Source: Bacteroidia bacterium
GTDB taxonomy: Bacteria; Bacteroidota; Bacteroidia; NS11-12g; UBA955
Direction: 5' to 3'
DNA: 51,769 nt
Assembly: GCA_044373665.1 (NCBI GenBank)
Contig: JBIPNH010000006.1
Location: 1 to 51,769, forward strand
The notes below the pieces were generated by a model. The model was not told the origin of the DNA and searched no databases. It saw nothing but the letters and a program-made list of their open reading frames with translations. Of the stretch, positions 17,215 through 27,766 are shown piece by piece; within the stretch, counting starts at the first letter, position 1; every line of letters starts with the position of its first letter. A program made the translations under genes and the position numbers.

Positions 17215-18135
17215 ATGAATCACAAGCTTCTGTTTTTTGCAATTACCATGGTCGTTGTTCTCGTTACAACGGCTTTTGTTAACACCTCTTCCAACGAATA
17301 CACTCTAAAGGACGCCCTGCTAAAAAAGTTGGTTACGGTTCAAGTTTATAACAATACCAAGTCATCCCATTATGGGCAACCTATTCTGTTGCAAGTAGCA
17401 AATTTAAAAAATTATCCCATCAAACTAAAGGTTGAAAAAGGCAGTTTGTTTGAGCCTGATTTGCCACAATACCAAACCATTATTATTAGCAACGACCAAC
17501 AAATGCCATTGGCTGCCAATCAAGAAAAAAGCAGTTATTTGCTTTATGGTTTTTGTGTTGAATCACACGATGCAGCCCCAGGAAGTAAAAAAATAAGCTA
17601 CCAATTGGGCAAAAAAGCAGAACCTAAAGTGTGTTCAATGGTCGATTTTATCTCCAAAGAAAATTTGCAAGGTTCTTACGAAGGGCAAAATGCCGTTTGG
17701 GTTTTGGTCAATAATCAATCTTTGGACAATGTTATTGGTTTTGATACTTTAAGTACCAACAAGCTTCATAAGTTTATGTCGAAGTTAACTGGTAAACCAA
17801 TGCCGCCACCTCCTGCCAAAAACGATTACAAACGCAACTATCACGCCACCGAATACCGTCCCAAACTAACTGTAAGAGGACAGGTTAATTTGCAAGGTCC
17901 TCGCAGCAGTAAAGTTCAAATTGGTTTGTTTGATTCCGCTAATATTTGTGTCAGAGAATTGTATGTCAATAATGCGGTTCCCAAAGGCAAACAATCAGTT
18001 GGGTATAGCTTTGATGCTTCTGAATACCAAAACAGGTATTATTACATTAAAACCATGGTGGATGATGTCATTGTATTTCACAGTCGCTATGATTTTAAAA
18101 CAGGAAAAATTTGGCAAGTCGAAAGACGATTTTAA
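17215..18135 (+). CDS. Secreted hypothetical protein; thioester-domain-like motifs plus a FlgD/T9SS-like Ig C-terminus
   Basis: Signal peptide; GFCVESHDAAP and GQNAVW motifs; Pro-rich linker PMPPPP; C-terminal VQIGLFD...VRELY...YYYIK. Confidence 0.5.
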   Translation: MNHKLLFFAITMVVVLVTTAFVNTSSNEYTLKDALLKKLVTVQVYNNTKSSHYGQPILLQVANLKNYPIKLKVEKGSLFEPDLPQYQTIIISNDQQMPLAANQEKSSYLLYGFCVESHDAAPGSKKISYQLGKKAEPKVCSMVDFISKENLQGSYEGQNAVWVLVNNQSLDNVIGFDTLSTNKLHKFMSKLTGKPMPPPPAKNDYKRNYHATEYRPKLTVRGQVNLQGPRSSKVQIGLFDSANICVRELYVNNAVPKGKQSVGYSFDASEYQNRYYYIKTMVDDVIVFHSRYDFKTGKIWQVERRF

Positions 18136-18222
18136 GTATTTGTCAAGGTTTTGTTGTTAAATAAATGGTTTTATAGACATTTCTAATGCTTTTTTGGGAT
18201 AAAACATAAGCGTTCATATCCT

Positions 18223-18230
18223 TATATTTG
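18223..18230 (+). promoter_or_regulatory. -7 promoter box directly before the kynU ATG
   Basis: TATATTTG followed by CAGC and then the ATG at 18235. Confidence 0.65.
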
Positions 18231-18234
18231 CAGC

Positions 18235-19503
18235 ATGAATTTTGAAAATTCGCTTTCTTTTGCACAAAAGTTAGACAGCAGCGACCGTCTTCAATCCTTT
18301 AGAGAAAAGTATTTTATCCCTCACGTTAACGGGAAAGAGGCGCTTTATTTTACAGGGAATTCCCTAGGATTACAACCTAAGTCTGTATTATCAGCTCTAC
18401 AAACTGAGTTGGAAGATTGGAAAAATTTAGGTGTCGAAGGGCATTTTCATGGTAAAAACCCATGGTTTCACTACCACAAGTTTTTGACCAATGGCGCTGC
18501 TTTGGTCGTGGGAGCGAAACCCATAGAAGTCGTGGTGATGAATCAACTGACCTCTAATCTTCATTTTTTATTTGTTAGTTTTTACCGACCAACAAAACAA
18601 AGGTTTAAAATTATTATGGAAGCGGGCGCTTTTCCTAGCGACATGTATTTGGTGGAATCTCAGGTTAAGTTTCATGGGTTCAATCCCAATGAGGCTATTG
18701 TTGAGGTAAAACCGCGTGAAGGTGAATTTACGCTCCGCCATCAAGATATTTTGGATACAATCGAAGCGCACAAAGACGAAGTTGCTTTGGTGTTTTTTAG
18801 TGGTGTTCAGTATTACAGTGGTCAGGTGTTTAACATTAAAGAGATTACTGAAAAAGGACATGCTTGTGGTGCTGTTGTAGGGTTCGATTTGGCGCATGCT
18901 GCCGGTAATATTGAGCTAAAGTTGAACGAATGGAATGTGGATTTTGCAGCTTGGTGCAGTTACAAATATTTAAACTCAGGTCCCGGTGGTGTGGCAGGTG
19001 CGTTTGTTCACGAAAGACATGCCACTGATACAAGTTTACCTCGATTTGCAGGTTGGTGGGGACACGATGAACAAGAGCGTTTCAAAATGTTAAAAGGCTT
19101 TGTTCCCGAAGAAGGAGCGGCAGGTTGGCAGCTGAGTAATGCCCCTGTTTTTAGTATGGCTGTTCACCGCGAAGCACTTCAATTGTTTGAGGCTGCGGGA
19201 ATGTCTACATTAGTAGAAAAAGGTAAAAACTTAAATGCCTATTTGCAATTTGTAATAGAAGAGGCGATGAAACACAATGCCTTATTGAATTTTAAAATTA
19301 TTACGCCACCGTCTCCCGAAAGAGGTTGTCAAATCAGTTTGTTGACAGATGACAATGGTAAAATGATTTTTGATTATTTAACCCAAAATGGGGTAATTGC
19401 CGATTGGAGAAATCCAAATGTTATCCGTTTAGCACCCGTGCCAATGTATAATACTTTCGAGGATATATATACATTTGGAGCCTTATTAATGAATTATAAA
19501 TAA
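18235..19503 (+). CDS. kynU: Kynureninase
   Basis: YFTGNSLGLQPK, FPSD.Y, DLAHAAGN, PLP-lysine motif WCSYKYLNSGPG, GWWGH, IRLAPVPMYN. Confidence 0.96.
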   Translation: MNFENSLSFAQKLDSSDRLQSFREKYFIPHVNGKEALYFTGNSLGLQPKSVLSALQTELEDWKNLGVEGHFHGKNPWFHYHKFLTNGAALVVGAKPIEVVVMNQLTSNLHFLFVSFYRPTKQRFKIIMEAGAFPSDMYLVESQVKFHGFNPNEAIVEVKPREGEFTLRHQDILDTIEAHKDEVALVFFSGVQYYSGQVFNIKEITEKGHACGAVVGFDLAHAAGNIELKLNEWNVDFAAWCSYKYLNSGPGGVAGAFVHERHATDTSLPRFAGWWGHDEQERFKMLKGFVPEEGAAGWQLSNAPVFSMAVHREALQLFEAAGMSTLVEKGKNLNAYLQFVIEEAMKHNALLNFKIITPPSPERGCQISLLTDDNGKMIFDYLTQNGVIADWRNPNVIRLAPVPMYNTFEDIYTFGALLMNYK

Positions 19504-20373
19504 ATGACCATATACAAAGAACTTGCGTTAACCGCAAAGGAGCCGTTTGATGAAAATGTAGATATTATTTCTGCTTATTTGGGTGAATTTGGTTTTGAAG
19601 GCTCTGCCGAAGATGAAATCATAAAAGCCTATATCGCTGAGGAGTTGATGGGTGACGATGAAATAGTAATATTGGTTGAACAGTTGATTGAAAAAAACTT
19701 AATTGAGCCAACTTATACCATTGAATTAATAGCGCCTAAAAACTGGAATGAAGAGTGGGAGAAAAACTATTTTCAACCAATTTTAATTGGCGATCAATGT
19801 TTGATTAAAAGTAGTTTTCACCAAACAGATATTAAAGCCAATTATGAAATAGTGATAGACCCAAAAATGAGTTTTGGAACCGGTCACCACGAAACCACAA
19901 GTATGATGGCAGAATTTTTATTGGAGCTTCCAATGAAAGATAAAATGGTTTTAGACATGGGAACAGGCACAGGGATTTTAGCTATTTTGGCTAGTATGTT
20001 GTGCTGTACTAAAGTTATTGGGATAGACAATGACAGTTGGTGTTATGAGAATGCTCAAGAAAATTTAGAGAAAAATAACATACACAATGCCGAAATTATT
20101 CTAGGAGATGCCGGTTTATTGAAATCTTATCCTGCCACTTTTGACATTGTTATTGCAAACATTAACAGACATATTTTGATTTCAGACATTAAATATTACG
20201 TTAAAGCCATGAAAAAAAACAGCATCTTGTTATTGAGTGGTTTTTACAAAGAAGATTTTGATGCTATTGATGCTGTTTGTCAACAAAACCATTGTGTATT
20301 TGTGAACAGTAAAACAAAAAACAATTGGATGAGTGCCGCTTTTAAGAAAAACGAAGATGAAATTAGTAAATAG
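19504..20373 (+). CDS. prmA: Ribosomal protein L11 methyltransferase
   Basis: NWNEEWE, IDPKMSFGTGHHETT, VLDMGTGTGIL, ANINR, LLSGF. Confidence 0.94.
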   Translation: MTIYKELALTAKEPFDENVDIISAYLGEFGFEGSAEDEIIKAYIAEELMGDDEIVILVEQLIEKNLIEPTYTIELIAPKNWNEEWEKNYFQPILIGDQCLIKSSFHQTDIKANYEIVIDPKMSFGTGHHETTSMMAEFLLELPMKDKMVLDMGTGTGILAILASMLCCTKVIGIDNDSWCYENAQENLEKNNIHNAEIILGDAGLLKSYPATFDIVIANINRHILISDIKYYVKAMKKNSILLLSGFYKEDFDAIDAVCQQNHCVFVNSKTKNNWMSAAFKKNEDEISK

Positions 20374-21064
20374 AATAGCCATTATTACAGGCGTAAGCAA
20401 AGGAATAGGAGAATCGCTTTGCAAACAATTGCTTACAGAAGGTTGTGTTGTAATAGGATTGGGAAGAAATAACAATGCCATTCAACATGAAAATTACCAA
20501 TTTATTCCCACCGATGTTCGCAATGTGAACGAAGTAAATGCGGCCATGGAACAAGTGTTGGCTAGCAGACACGGGAAAATAGATATTTTAATTAACAATG
20601 CCGGTTTGGGTTACTTTGGCAACGTAGAAGATTTGCCCTTGGAGCAATGGGATGAAATGTTTCAAACCAATATCAACGGCATGTTTTATTGCACACGCAA
20701 AGTAGTGCCTGTGATGAAAGCCAACGGGGTAGGGCATATTATTAATATTTCCAGTACAGCGGGTTTGGAAGGAATGCCGATGGTAAGCGCCTATTGTGCT
20801 ACCAAATGGGCAGTGAAAGGATTTAGTGAGAGTTTATGGAAAGAATTGAGAGACTTTAAAATAAAAGTGACTTGTGTGTATCCGGGCAGTGTAAAAACGG
20901 ATTTTTTCAGAAACAGTCCTTCTATTCAGCCGCACGACTACATGTTGATGCCCGATGATGTTGCCGCCATGATTGTGTATTCATTAAAAACTCCCGATAA
21001 TTTCCATCAAGTTAATTTAGAAGTAAGACCATTGCAACCCAAAGGTCCTAAATCTGTACAATAA
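20357..21064 (+). CDS. Short-chain dehydrogenase/reductase (SDR)
   Basis: TGVSKGIG, ILINNAG, INISS and YCATK (YxxxK). The start was moved to the ATG at 20357. Confidence 0.92.
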   Translation: MKLVNRIAIITGVSKGIGESLCKQLLTEGCVVIGLGRNNNAIQHENYQFIPTDVRNVNEVNAAMEQVLASRHGKIDILINNAGLGYFGNVEDLPLEQWDEMFQTNINGMFYCTRKVVPVMKANGVGHIINISSTAGLEGMPMVSAYCATKWAVKGFSESLWKELRDFKIKVTCVYPGSVKTDFFRNSPSIQPHDYMLMPDDVAAMIVYSLKTPDNFHQVNLEVRPLQPKGPKSVQ

Positions 21065-21123
21065 AATTCCTATTTTAGAGTTCTTATTGTTTTAAAATAA
21101 AAATGATTAACTTTGTTTAAAAT

Positions 21124-22545
21124 ATGAAATTCTGGACGAAACTCTGTATAATTTTGATTTCCTTGGTTTTAATGGAATCGTGCCGCAAGGACGATGCTGT
21201 TTTAAAATCGGCAGGAACACTCGGTTTTTCAAAAGATACTATTTTATTTGACACCGTTTTTACTCGACTTCCCGGTACCGCTTATCCTCGTTCCATAAAC
21301 AAAAGGTTTATGGTAAGAAACCCTTACAAAGAAACCATTTTTGTAAATGCAAGGGTCATGGGAGGCAGTGCTTCATCATACCGTTTCAATGTAGACGGAC
21401 GATTTGGGAAAGAAATAGCAGACATAGAAATATTGCCCAAAGACAGTGCTTGGGTGTTTGTGGAATGTACGCTAGAACCCAATCAGTTAACACAACCTGC
21501 CTTGGTGCGCGACAGTATTGAATTCGAAACCAATGGTAACAGACAATATGTGCAATTGGCTGCTTATGGTTGGGATGCTTATTATTTCAACGATACTCTT
21601 TTTGAACAAGACATTACGTTAACAAAAACAGACAAACCTTATGTAATAGTCAATACCTGTTTTGTTGATGAGGGGGTTACCATGACGATTGGTCCGGGGG
21701 TACACATATACAGTACTGCCAATTCAGTGTTTGTAAGCAATCCCAATAGAATCATTAATGTGAGTGCTATCAATGTATTTGGGACTTTAAAAGTAAATGG
21801 AACTGCCGATAATCCTGTTGTTTTTCAAGGGGATAGATTGGATGTAAAATTCAAAGATTTGCCTGGTCAGTGGCGAGGTATTCGTTTTTTTAGAGGGAGT
21901 GTAAACAATGAAATACGCCATTCTATTATAAAAAATGCAACCATTGGCGTGTGGGTTGATTCCTTGTCGGAAAACACGCAAGAGAATCTTAAAATCTACA
22001 ACACCATTATCAAAAACATCAGCGCTTACGGGGTATTAGGACTAACAGCACAAATTTATATGGAAAATTGTGTGGTTGCCAATTGCGGTGCCAACACAGT
22101 CCTAGGTTATTGGGGCGGTTATTACACATTCAGGCATTGTACCTTTTATGCAGGAGGAGGCCGAAGAGACCCACATTTGATTTTCAATAATCAATTGCGT
22201 AATGATAACAACCAAGTTACTCGTACTTTCCCTATTGGTTATGCTTTTTTTAATAGTATTATTTGGGGACCTAATCAAACTGAGATAGGGTTAGATATTA
22301 ATACCACTGTTTTGCCAGATTTTGCTATATTTAGGTCAAGTATTATACGTTCTAAAACAGCCTTTGGTGGAAACGATTTGTTGTTTAATACCGATCCTTT
22401 ATTTAAACAAATTAGCACATCCGATTTTAAATTAAATGCTGGTTCGCCAGCCATAAATAAAGCCAATGTAAATTTCTCTGTACCTGCCGATTTAGATGGA
22501 AAAGCAAGAGACAGTGAACCTGATATTGGGGCATACGAATTTTAA
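21124..22545 (+). CDS. Lipoprotein with right-handed beta-helix repeats and a choice-of-anchor-Q-like C-terminus
   Basis: Lipobox LMESC; FSKDTILFDTVF; GTADNPVVFQGDR...PGQWRGI; C-terminal DFKLNAGSPAINKA...DLDGKAR...PDIGAYE. TAACTTTG box at 21108-21115. Confidence 0.7.
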   Translation: MKFWTKLCIILISLVLMESCRKDDAVLKSAGTLGFSKDTILFDTVFTRLPGTAYPRSINKRFMVRNPYKETIFVNARVMGGSASSYRFNVDGRFGKEIADIEILPKDSAWVFVECTLEPNQLTQPALVRDSIEFETNGNRQYVQLAAYGWDAYYFNDTLFEQDITLTKTDKPYVIVNTCFVDEGVTMTIGPGVHIYSTANSVFVSNPNRIINVSAINVFGTLKVNGTADNPVVFQGDRLDVKFKDLPGQWRGIRFFRGSVNNEIRHSIIKNATIGVWVDSLSENTQENLKIYNTIIKNISAYGVLGLTAQIYMENCVVANCGANTVLGYWGGYYTFRHCTFYAGGGRRDPHLIFNNQLRNDNNQVTRTFPIGYAFFNSIIWGPNQTEIGLDINTTVLPDFAIFRSSIIRSKTAFGGNDLLFNTDPLFKQISTSDFKLNAGSPAINKANVNFSVPADLDGKARDSEPDIGAYEF

Positions 22546-22556
22546 ATTATTGATAA

Positions 22557-23228
22557 ATGAAAATAAAACTACTTATAATTATTGCCTTTTTAGTCGTGTT
22601 AAATCCAATTAAAGCACAAAGTAAAATGTGTATGTGTAGCGCGGATTCGGGCATTTTTTTTCCTCAATACGAAATTGGTCTTAGTTCAAACATCATGTTT
22701 GAATACCCTTTAAGTAAAACCATTTTCAATGGCATTATGGTTAAAAAACATTTCCCAAAATTCATATTGAGGGCAGGCGTTAATCAAAACAGTGGGCCAT
22801 TTGAGTTTAATGTTGACGGAAATACCTATGGAAGTAAAGACAGTGGTACATTTAAATTAAATACGATAAGAGTGGGAATTGAAAAAGTATTTTTTCCAAG
22901 TAAATTATCGCCTTATGTCGCTGCCGACTTGTTTTATGCTATTTCTTCGTCAGAGGGCATCTTTGCTGATTGGGGAGGATTTAGAGGGACATACATGGAA
23001 AGGGCATACGATAATGTATCAAACAGAATTGGGGTTATGCCCTCATTTGGGATTAAATACCGTCCTATTTCGCAATTATCATTTGGAATAGAAACCAATT
23101 TTTCGATTTATTACTACAACAATAAATTCACCGATTTAAGTAATAAAATCATAGAAACTAAATCTGGTATGAATGGTGCAATTGTCCGTTCAGCTTTGTT
23201 TACCATCAACTACCATTTGTTCGAATAA
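22557..23228 (+). CDS. Putative outer-membrane beta-barrel protein
   Basis: Signal peptide, amphipathic beta strands (GIKYRPISQLSFGIE) and an aromatic C-terminus INYHLF. Confidence 0.6.
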   Translation: MKIKLLIIIAFLVVLNPIKAQSKMCMCSADSGIFFPQYEIGLSSNIMFEYPLSKTIFNGIMVKKHFPKFILRAGVNQNSGPFEFNVDGNTYGSKDSGTFKLNTIRVGIEKVFFPSKLSPYVAADLFYAISSSEGIFADWGGFRGTYMERAYDNVSNRIGVMPSFGIKYRPISQLSFGIETNFSIYYYNNKFTDLSNKIIETKSGMNGAIVRSALFTINYHLFE

Positions 23229-23247
23229 TAGTTAGGTATTTTAGGTC

Positions 23248-23745
23248 TCAACGTTTTGTTTTATCTAAAATAATAAACTCAAAATCATAAAGGTGTTTTT
23301 CATCTTTAGGGTGATGTTCAGAGTAGGATTGTTGCCATTCTTCGGGATTCAATTCCGGGAAAAAAGTATCGGCATTTTCAAACACATGGTTCACAATAGT
23401 AATGTATAAACAATCTGCTATTTGAATCAATTCACGATACACCTGACCACCGCCAATAATCATCAATTCTTCGGTGTTTTCTGGAAGCGCTTTTAGGGCC
23501 TCTTCTATAGAAAATACATGAATAAAACCTTCAATGATGTCCTCGTTTTTGGAAGAAATAACCAAATTCAAACGGTTAGGCAAGGGCTTGCCTAATGAAT
23601 TCATGGTGTTTCGGCCCATTAACATGGGTTTACCCTTGGTGTGTTTTACAAACCATTTAAAATCATCGGGTAAATGCCACATCAATTGGTTGGCTGCCCC
23701 TATGGCAAAGTGTTTGTCGATGGCAGCTATAAGCGATATTTTCAT
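23248..23745 (-). CDS. folA: Dihydrofolate reductase
   Basis: WHLPDDFKWF, MGRNT..S.GKPLPNRLN, IIGGGQVY, ADTFFP. Confidence 0.96.
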   Translation of the reverse strand: MKISLIAAIDKHFAIGAANQLMWHLPDDFKWFVKHTKGKPMLMGRNTMNSLGKPLPNRLNLVISSKNEDIIEGFIHVFSIEEALKALPENTEELMIIGGGQVYRELIQIADCLYITIVNHVFENADTFFPELNPEEWQQSYSEHHPKDEKHLYDFEFIILDKTKR

Positions 23746-23747
23746 GG

Positions 23748-24905
23748 TTAATCTTTAAAAAAATGTTTTCCTTGGGTGTTAATGACACCACGTTTTTGGT
23801 TTATTATAATCATGGCATAGCCATTTTTAAAGGCAGATGCCCCATCGTAACGGTGTGGAATCAAAAGTCTGCAATTGGAGTTCATATAGCCCCATTTTCC
23901 ATCCTTGTCTCTAACGGGAATAAGGCCATTGCCTATTTCACCCACTTGGGTAGGTTTGGTTTGAAATTGTCCCATTACGTAAAAGTATTTGTCCATAATT
24001 CTTAAATCAGGCATATACATTCCCAACATGCCAAAGTAAAGTGAATCGCCTATGTGTTTGGCATAAGAAAATAAAGGAGAAAAGCGTTTTTGTCTGTCAA
24101 GGAAGTAGTAATCCCAACCAATATCATTTCGGTTTTTAATCACACATTTGCCATCTCTGAATTCTTTTTCAATGGTTATGTATTCGGAATAATCAATACT
24201 GTCGTTAACAAAATCACGCATAATAACTTGACCGCTACTGTCTATAAATTGCAGGACGTAGGTTAATCCATAAGGGGCAATTTTGCTAATTGTTTTTACA
24301 TAAACGGCTGCTATTCCCTCCGAGAAAATACCTGCAGGAATGATGCTGTCAGGTAAGGATAAAGTAGTTCCTTGCTTGTTTATATAAAAGTATTTTCCCT
24401 TGCTTAAACCTAACAAAAAACCAGATTGAAATTTTTGACTACTTGTGTCAAAGTTAGGGGGTCTTACCCATTCACCTTTTCGATTAATAATGCCCAGTTT
24501 TTTGTTTACAGAAACAACTGCTAAACCCTCAGAAAAACTTTCCAAAGCATCGTAAGTTTTGTTAAATTCAGACTGTCCGGAGGTGTTAATATAGTAGGAT
24601 TTAAATTTGGTATTTTGAACATGACAAAGGCCTTCGCTGAATTCTCCATGGAATCTATAGGCTTCTGTTATTATTTTGCCTGTAGAGTTAATGCCGTAGA
24701 AAAGGGTGTCAATTTTAATAAAAGCAAAATCTTCGGTAAAAAATTCCGTTTCATCGTATTGTGGTTCAATGATGATTTTGCCAGAAGTGTCGCTGTAACC
24801 CCATTTTTCATTGACCCTGTATGGAATAAGTTGAGCCCAAGATACAGTAAGGGAAAAAGAATAAATAATATAAAGTAGAAGATGTTTCATGAACTTAATA
24901 GACAC
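23748..24905 (-). CDS. WG (KWG) repeat-containing secreted protein
   Basis: Repeated KWGY...G..II.PQYD and FSEGLA.V units. Confidence 0.88.
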   Translation of the reverse strand: MSIKFMKHLLLYIIYSFSLTVSWAQLIPYRVNEKWGYSDTSGKIIIEPQYDETEFFTEDFAFIKIDTLFYGINSTGKIITEAYRFHGEFSEGLCHVQNTKFKSYYINTSGQSEFNKTYDALESFSEGLAVVSVNKKLGIINRKGEWVRPPNFDTSSQKFQSGFLLGLSKGKYFYINKQGTTLSLPDSIIPAGIFSEGIAAVYVKTISKIAPYGLTYVLQFIDSSGQVIMRDFVNDSIDYSEYITIEKEFRDGKCVIKNRNDIGWDYYFLDRQKRFSPLFSYAKHIGDSLYFGMLGMYMPDLRIMDKYFYVMGQFQTKPTQVGEIGNGLIPVRDKDGKWGYMNSNCRLLIPHRYDGASAFKNGYAMIIINQKRGVINTQGKHFFKD

Positions 24906-24926
24906 AATAGTTACAAATTTAGTGCC

Positions 24927-25331
24927 TTATTGTTTAATATCCGAACAAACTTCTATTAAAACACCATTGGTGCTTTTGGGGTGAGCAAAAGCAATGCTTT
25001 TGTTATCAGCACCATTTTTAGGAACTGAATGAATCATTTCTATGCCTTCAATAGTCAAACGTTTAATTTCCTCAGCGGCGTCATTTACTCCAAAAGCAAT
25101 GTGGTGAATACCTTCGCCTTTTTTTTCAATAAATTTGGCAATGGCACTCTCAGGTTTTGTAGCTTGTAGTAATTCGATTTTGGTGTCGCCTACCATAAAA
25201 AAACTAGTAATAACACCCTCACTTTCTACTTCCTCAGTTTTGTAAGGCTGAGTGTTTAAAAGTTTGGAAAATAATAAATTAGACGCTTCAATGTCTTTAA
25301 CGGCGATGCCTATGTGTTCTATTTTATTCAT
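24927..25331 (-). CDS. mce: Methylmalonyl-CoA epimerase (VOC family)
   Basis: IEHIGIAV, KIELL, GEGIHHIAF, HPKSTNGVLIE. The start at ATG 25331 is supported by a TACTTTTG box at 25347-25354 (minus strand). Confidence 0.93.
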   Translation of the reverse strand: MNKIEHIGIAVKDIEASNLLFSKLLNTQPYKTEEVESEGVITSFFMVGDTKIELLQATKPESAIAKFIEKKGEGIHHIAFGVNDAAEEIKRLTIEGIEMIHSVPKNGADNKSIAFAHPKSTNGVLIEVCSDIKQ

Positions 25332-25392
25332 TAAAAAATTTAAAAACAAAAGTATGTAATAATTTCGTTTTATTTGCGTTTATTAAAAATCT

Positions 25393-27762
25393 ATGTTCAA
25401 ACATTTTGTTTTATTCTTATTGTGTTTTTTTGTTTTATCTCATTTAAAGTCTCAATACATTGTTTATGGGTATGTTCAAGACTCTAGTTCACTCGAAAAA
25501 CTTATTGGTACAAACATAAAAGTACTTAACGGTAGCTCGAGTACTATTAGTAATAATTATGGATATTTTAGCTTAAAGGCCAATAAGGATACTGTCATTT
25601 TAAGTATTTCTCACATTGGTTACAAGCAAACCTTTATATCCATCAATAAAAATACACCTATGCCTATCACTATTCCTGTGGTGCAAGAGGGAATTATGTT
25701 TGATAATGTAACTTTTAAATTAAAAAAAGAATCCAAAATGGTGGAAGATGTGCAAATGAGTACAATCAATATTTCATCGAATCAAATTAAAATGTTACCA
25801 AGGTTTATGGGTGAAACGGATTTGATAAAAGCCATTCAACTGATGCCGGGTATAAAAGGGGGTTCCGAAGGGAGTGCAGGTTTGTATGTAAGAGGTGGTG
25901 GGGCCGACCAAAATTTGATTTTATTAGATGGGGCAATGGTTTATAACCCTTCGCATTTATTTGGTTTTTTCTCTGTTTTTAATACCGATGCCATCAACAA
26001 TGTGCAATTGTTAAAAGGCGGTTTCCCATCCAGATACGGAGGACGTTTAAGTAGTGTTTTGGACATCACTATGAAAGATGGGAATATGAAAAAATTTAAG
26101 GGAGAGGGTAGTATAGGCGCATTGGCAAGTAAATTCACTTTTGAAGGTCCCTTAGTTAAAGACAAAGTCTCGTTTATGGTTTCTGCACGCAGAACTTATT
26201 TGGATTTAATTTTGCAGCCAATATTAAGGTCAAGTTCAGGTAATCCCAATTTAAACCAAGGCTATTTTTTCTCGGATTTTAATGCCAAATTAAATTGGAA
26301 ATTGAATTCCAAAAACAGATTGTATTTAAGTTTCTACAATGGTATCGATAAGTTTTATCAAGAAAATAAACCTTATTCTTATTTGTATGATGGTAATGTG
26401 ATAAAGGAGCAAAGTTTGGCGCGTAATCAATGGGGCAATCAATTGGCTACTCTTAAATTCAATCAAATTATTAATAAAAATTTGTTTGTTAATACACAAC
26501 TTAATTTAACCAAGTATTTTTACGAAATAGATGAGTCTGTTTCAAACAGTGAACAAACCGATACAGGCTTAACGGAGCAATACAATTTTAATGGATTTGG
26601 CAGTCGCATTAATGACATAACACTAAAAAGCGATGCCGAATACAACCAAGGAAAGCATTACATTCGATTTGGCTTGTCGGCTATTCATCACCAATTTGTG
26701 CCTGGACAAAGTAAAGTAGTTTATAGAAAAACAGGAGAAAGAAGCATTGATACCGCCTTTGGAAGTGGTAGAACAAATTCATTGGAAATGAGTGCTTATT
26801 TAGAAGACGATTACGATTGGTCGACCCGATTTAAAGTGAACTATGGATTGCACTTTAATCTTTACAACTACAAAAAGAGTTTTTTCCCAACAATACAACC
26901 CCGAATGGCGGTTCGCTATCTCATTAATAAATCACTGTCATTAAAAGGGTCGTTTGCTAACATGTCTCAAAACATTCATTTACTAACTAATAACACCATT
27001 GGTTTGCCTAATGATTTGTGGGTTCCTGCTACCAATTTAATAAAACCAATGCGGTCGAACCAAGTAGCAATGGGAGTTGCCAAAACCTTGGGCAAGTATG
27101 AATTCACCTTTGAAACCTATTACAAAACGATGAAAAATGTGATAGAATTCAAAGAAGGGGCCTCCTTTTTGAATGTCAACAATTCATGGGAAAATAAAGT
27201 AGCCGTGGGTAATGGAGAAGCCTATGGATTTGAGTTTTTAGCACAAAGAAAATCAGGGAATTTTACGGGATGGGTTGGCTATACGCTTTCGTGGGTTAAG
27301 CGCACCATTCCTGAATTAAACTTTGGTAAAGCGTTTTTTTATAAGTATGACAGCAGGCATGATTTTTCTTTTGTCTTGAATTACAAGGAAAATGAAAAAT
27401 GGGATTATGGCTTGGTTTGGGTTTACAGAACAGGCAATGCGCTGACTATGCCAACAGGGGCTTATCCTGGAACAGTTATTGGTGGTTTAGGAGGTTCAGG
27501 TCTTGGTTATGGCACTGTTTATACCTATTCAGGTAGAAATAATTTTAGATTTGCCGATTATCACCGCTTAGATTTAAGTGTGACACGCCATTACAAGAAA
27601 AAATGGGGGATGATAGATTTGAATTTTAGTGTGTACAATGCCTACAGCAGAATAAATCCATTTTATTACAGAATAGGCACAGATTTTAAAGGGAATAAGC
27701 AAATAACAAGAGTGGGTTTGTTCCCGATTTTACCATCTGTTAACCTTGGTTTTAAATTTTAA
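25393..27762 (+). CDS. TonB-dependent receptor with N-terminal carboxypeptidase-like domain
   Basis: GE.DLIKAIQLMPG, GLYVRGGGADQNLILLDG, KGGFPSRYGGRLSSV; C-terminal Phe. Confidence 0.92.
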   Translation: MFKHFVLFLLCFFVLSHLKSQYIVYGYVQDSSSLEKLIGTNIKVLNGSSSTISNNYGYFSLKANKDTVILSISHIGYKQTFISINKNTPMPITIPVVQEGIMFDNVTFKLKKESKMVEDVQMSTINISSNQIKMLPRFMGETDLIKAIQLMPGIKGGSEGSAGLYVRGGGADQNLILLDGAMVYNPSHLFGFFSVFNTDAINNVQLLKGGFPSRYGGRLSSVLDITMKDGNMKKFKGEGSIGALASKFTFEGPLVKDKVSFMVSARRTYLDLILQPILRSSSGNPNLNQGYFFSDFNAKLNWKLNSKNRLYLSFYNGIDKFYQENKPYSYLYDGNVIKEQSLARNQWGNQLATLKFNQIINKNLFVNTQLNLTKYFYEIDESVSNSEQTDTGLTEQYNFNGFGSRINDITLKSDAEYNQGKHYIRFGLSAIHHQFVPGQSKVVYRKTGERSIDTAFGSGRTNSLEMSAYLEDDYDWSTRFKVNYGLHFNLYNYKKSFFPTIQPRMAVRYLINKSLSLKGSFANMSQNIHLLTNNTIGLPNDLWVPATNLIKPMRSNQVAMGVAKTLGKYEFTFETYYKTMKNVIEFKEGASFLNVNNSWENKVAVGNGEAYGFEFLAQRKSGNFTGWVGYTLSWVKRTIPELNFGKAFFYKYDSRHDFSFVLNYKENEKWDYGLVWVYRTGNALTMPTGAYPGTVIGGLGGSGLGYGTVYTYSGRNNFRFADYHRLDLSVTRHYKKKWGMIDLNFSVYNAYSRINPFYYRIGTDFKGNKQITRVGLFPILPSVNLGFKF

Positions 27763-27766
27763 AAAT

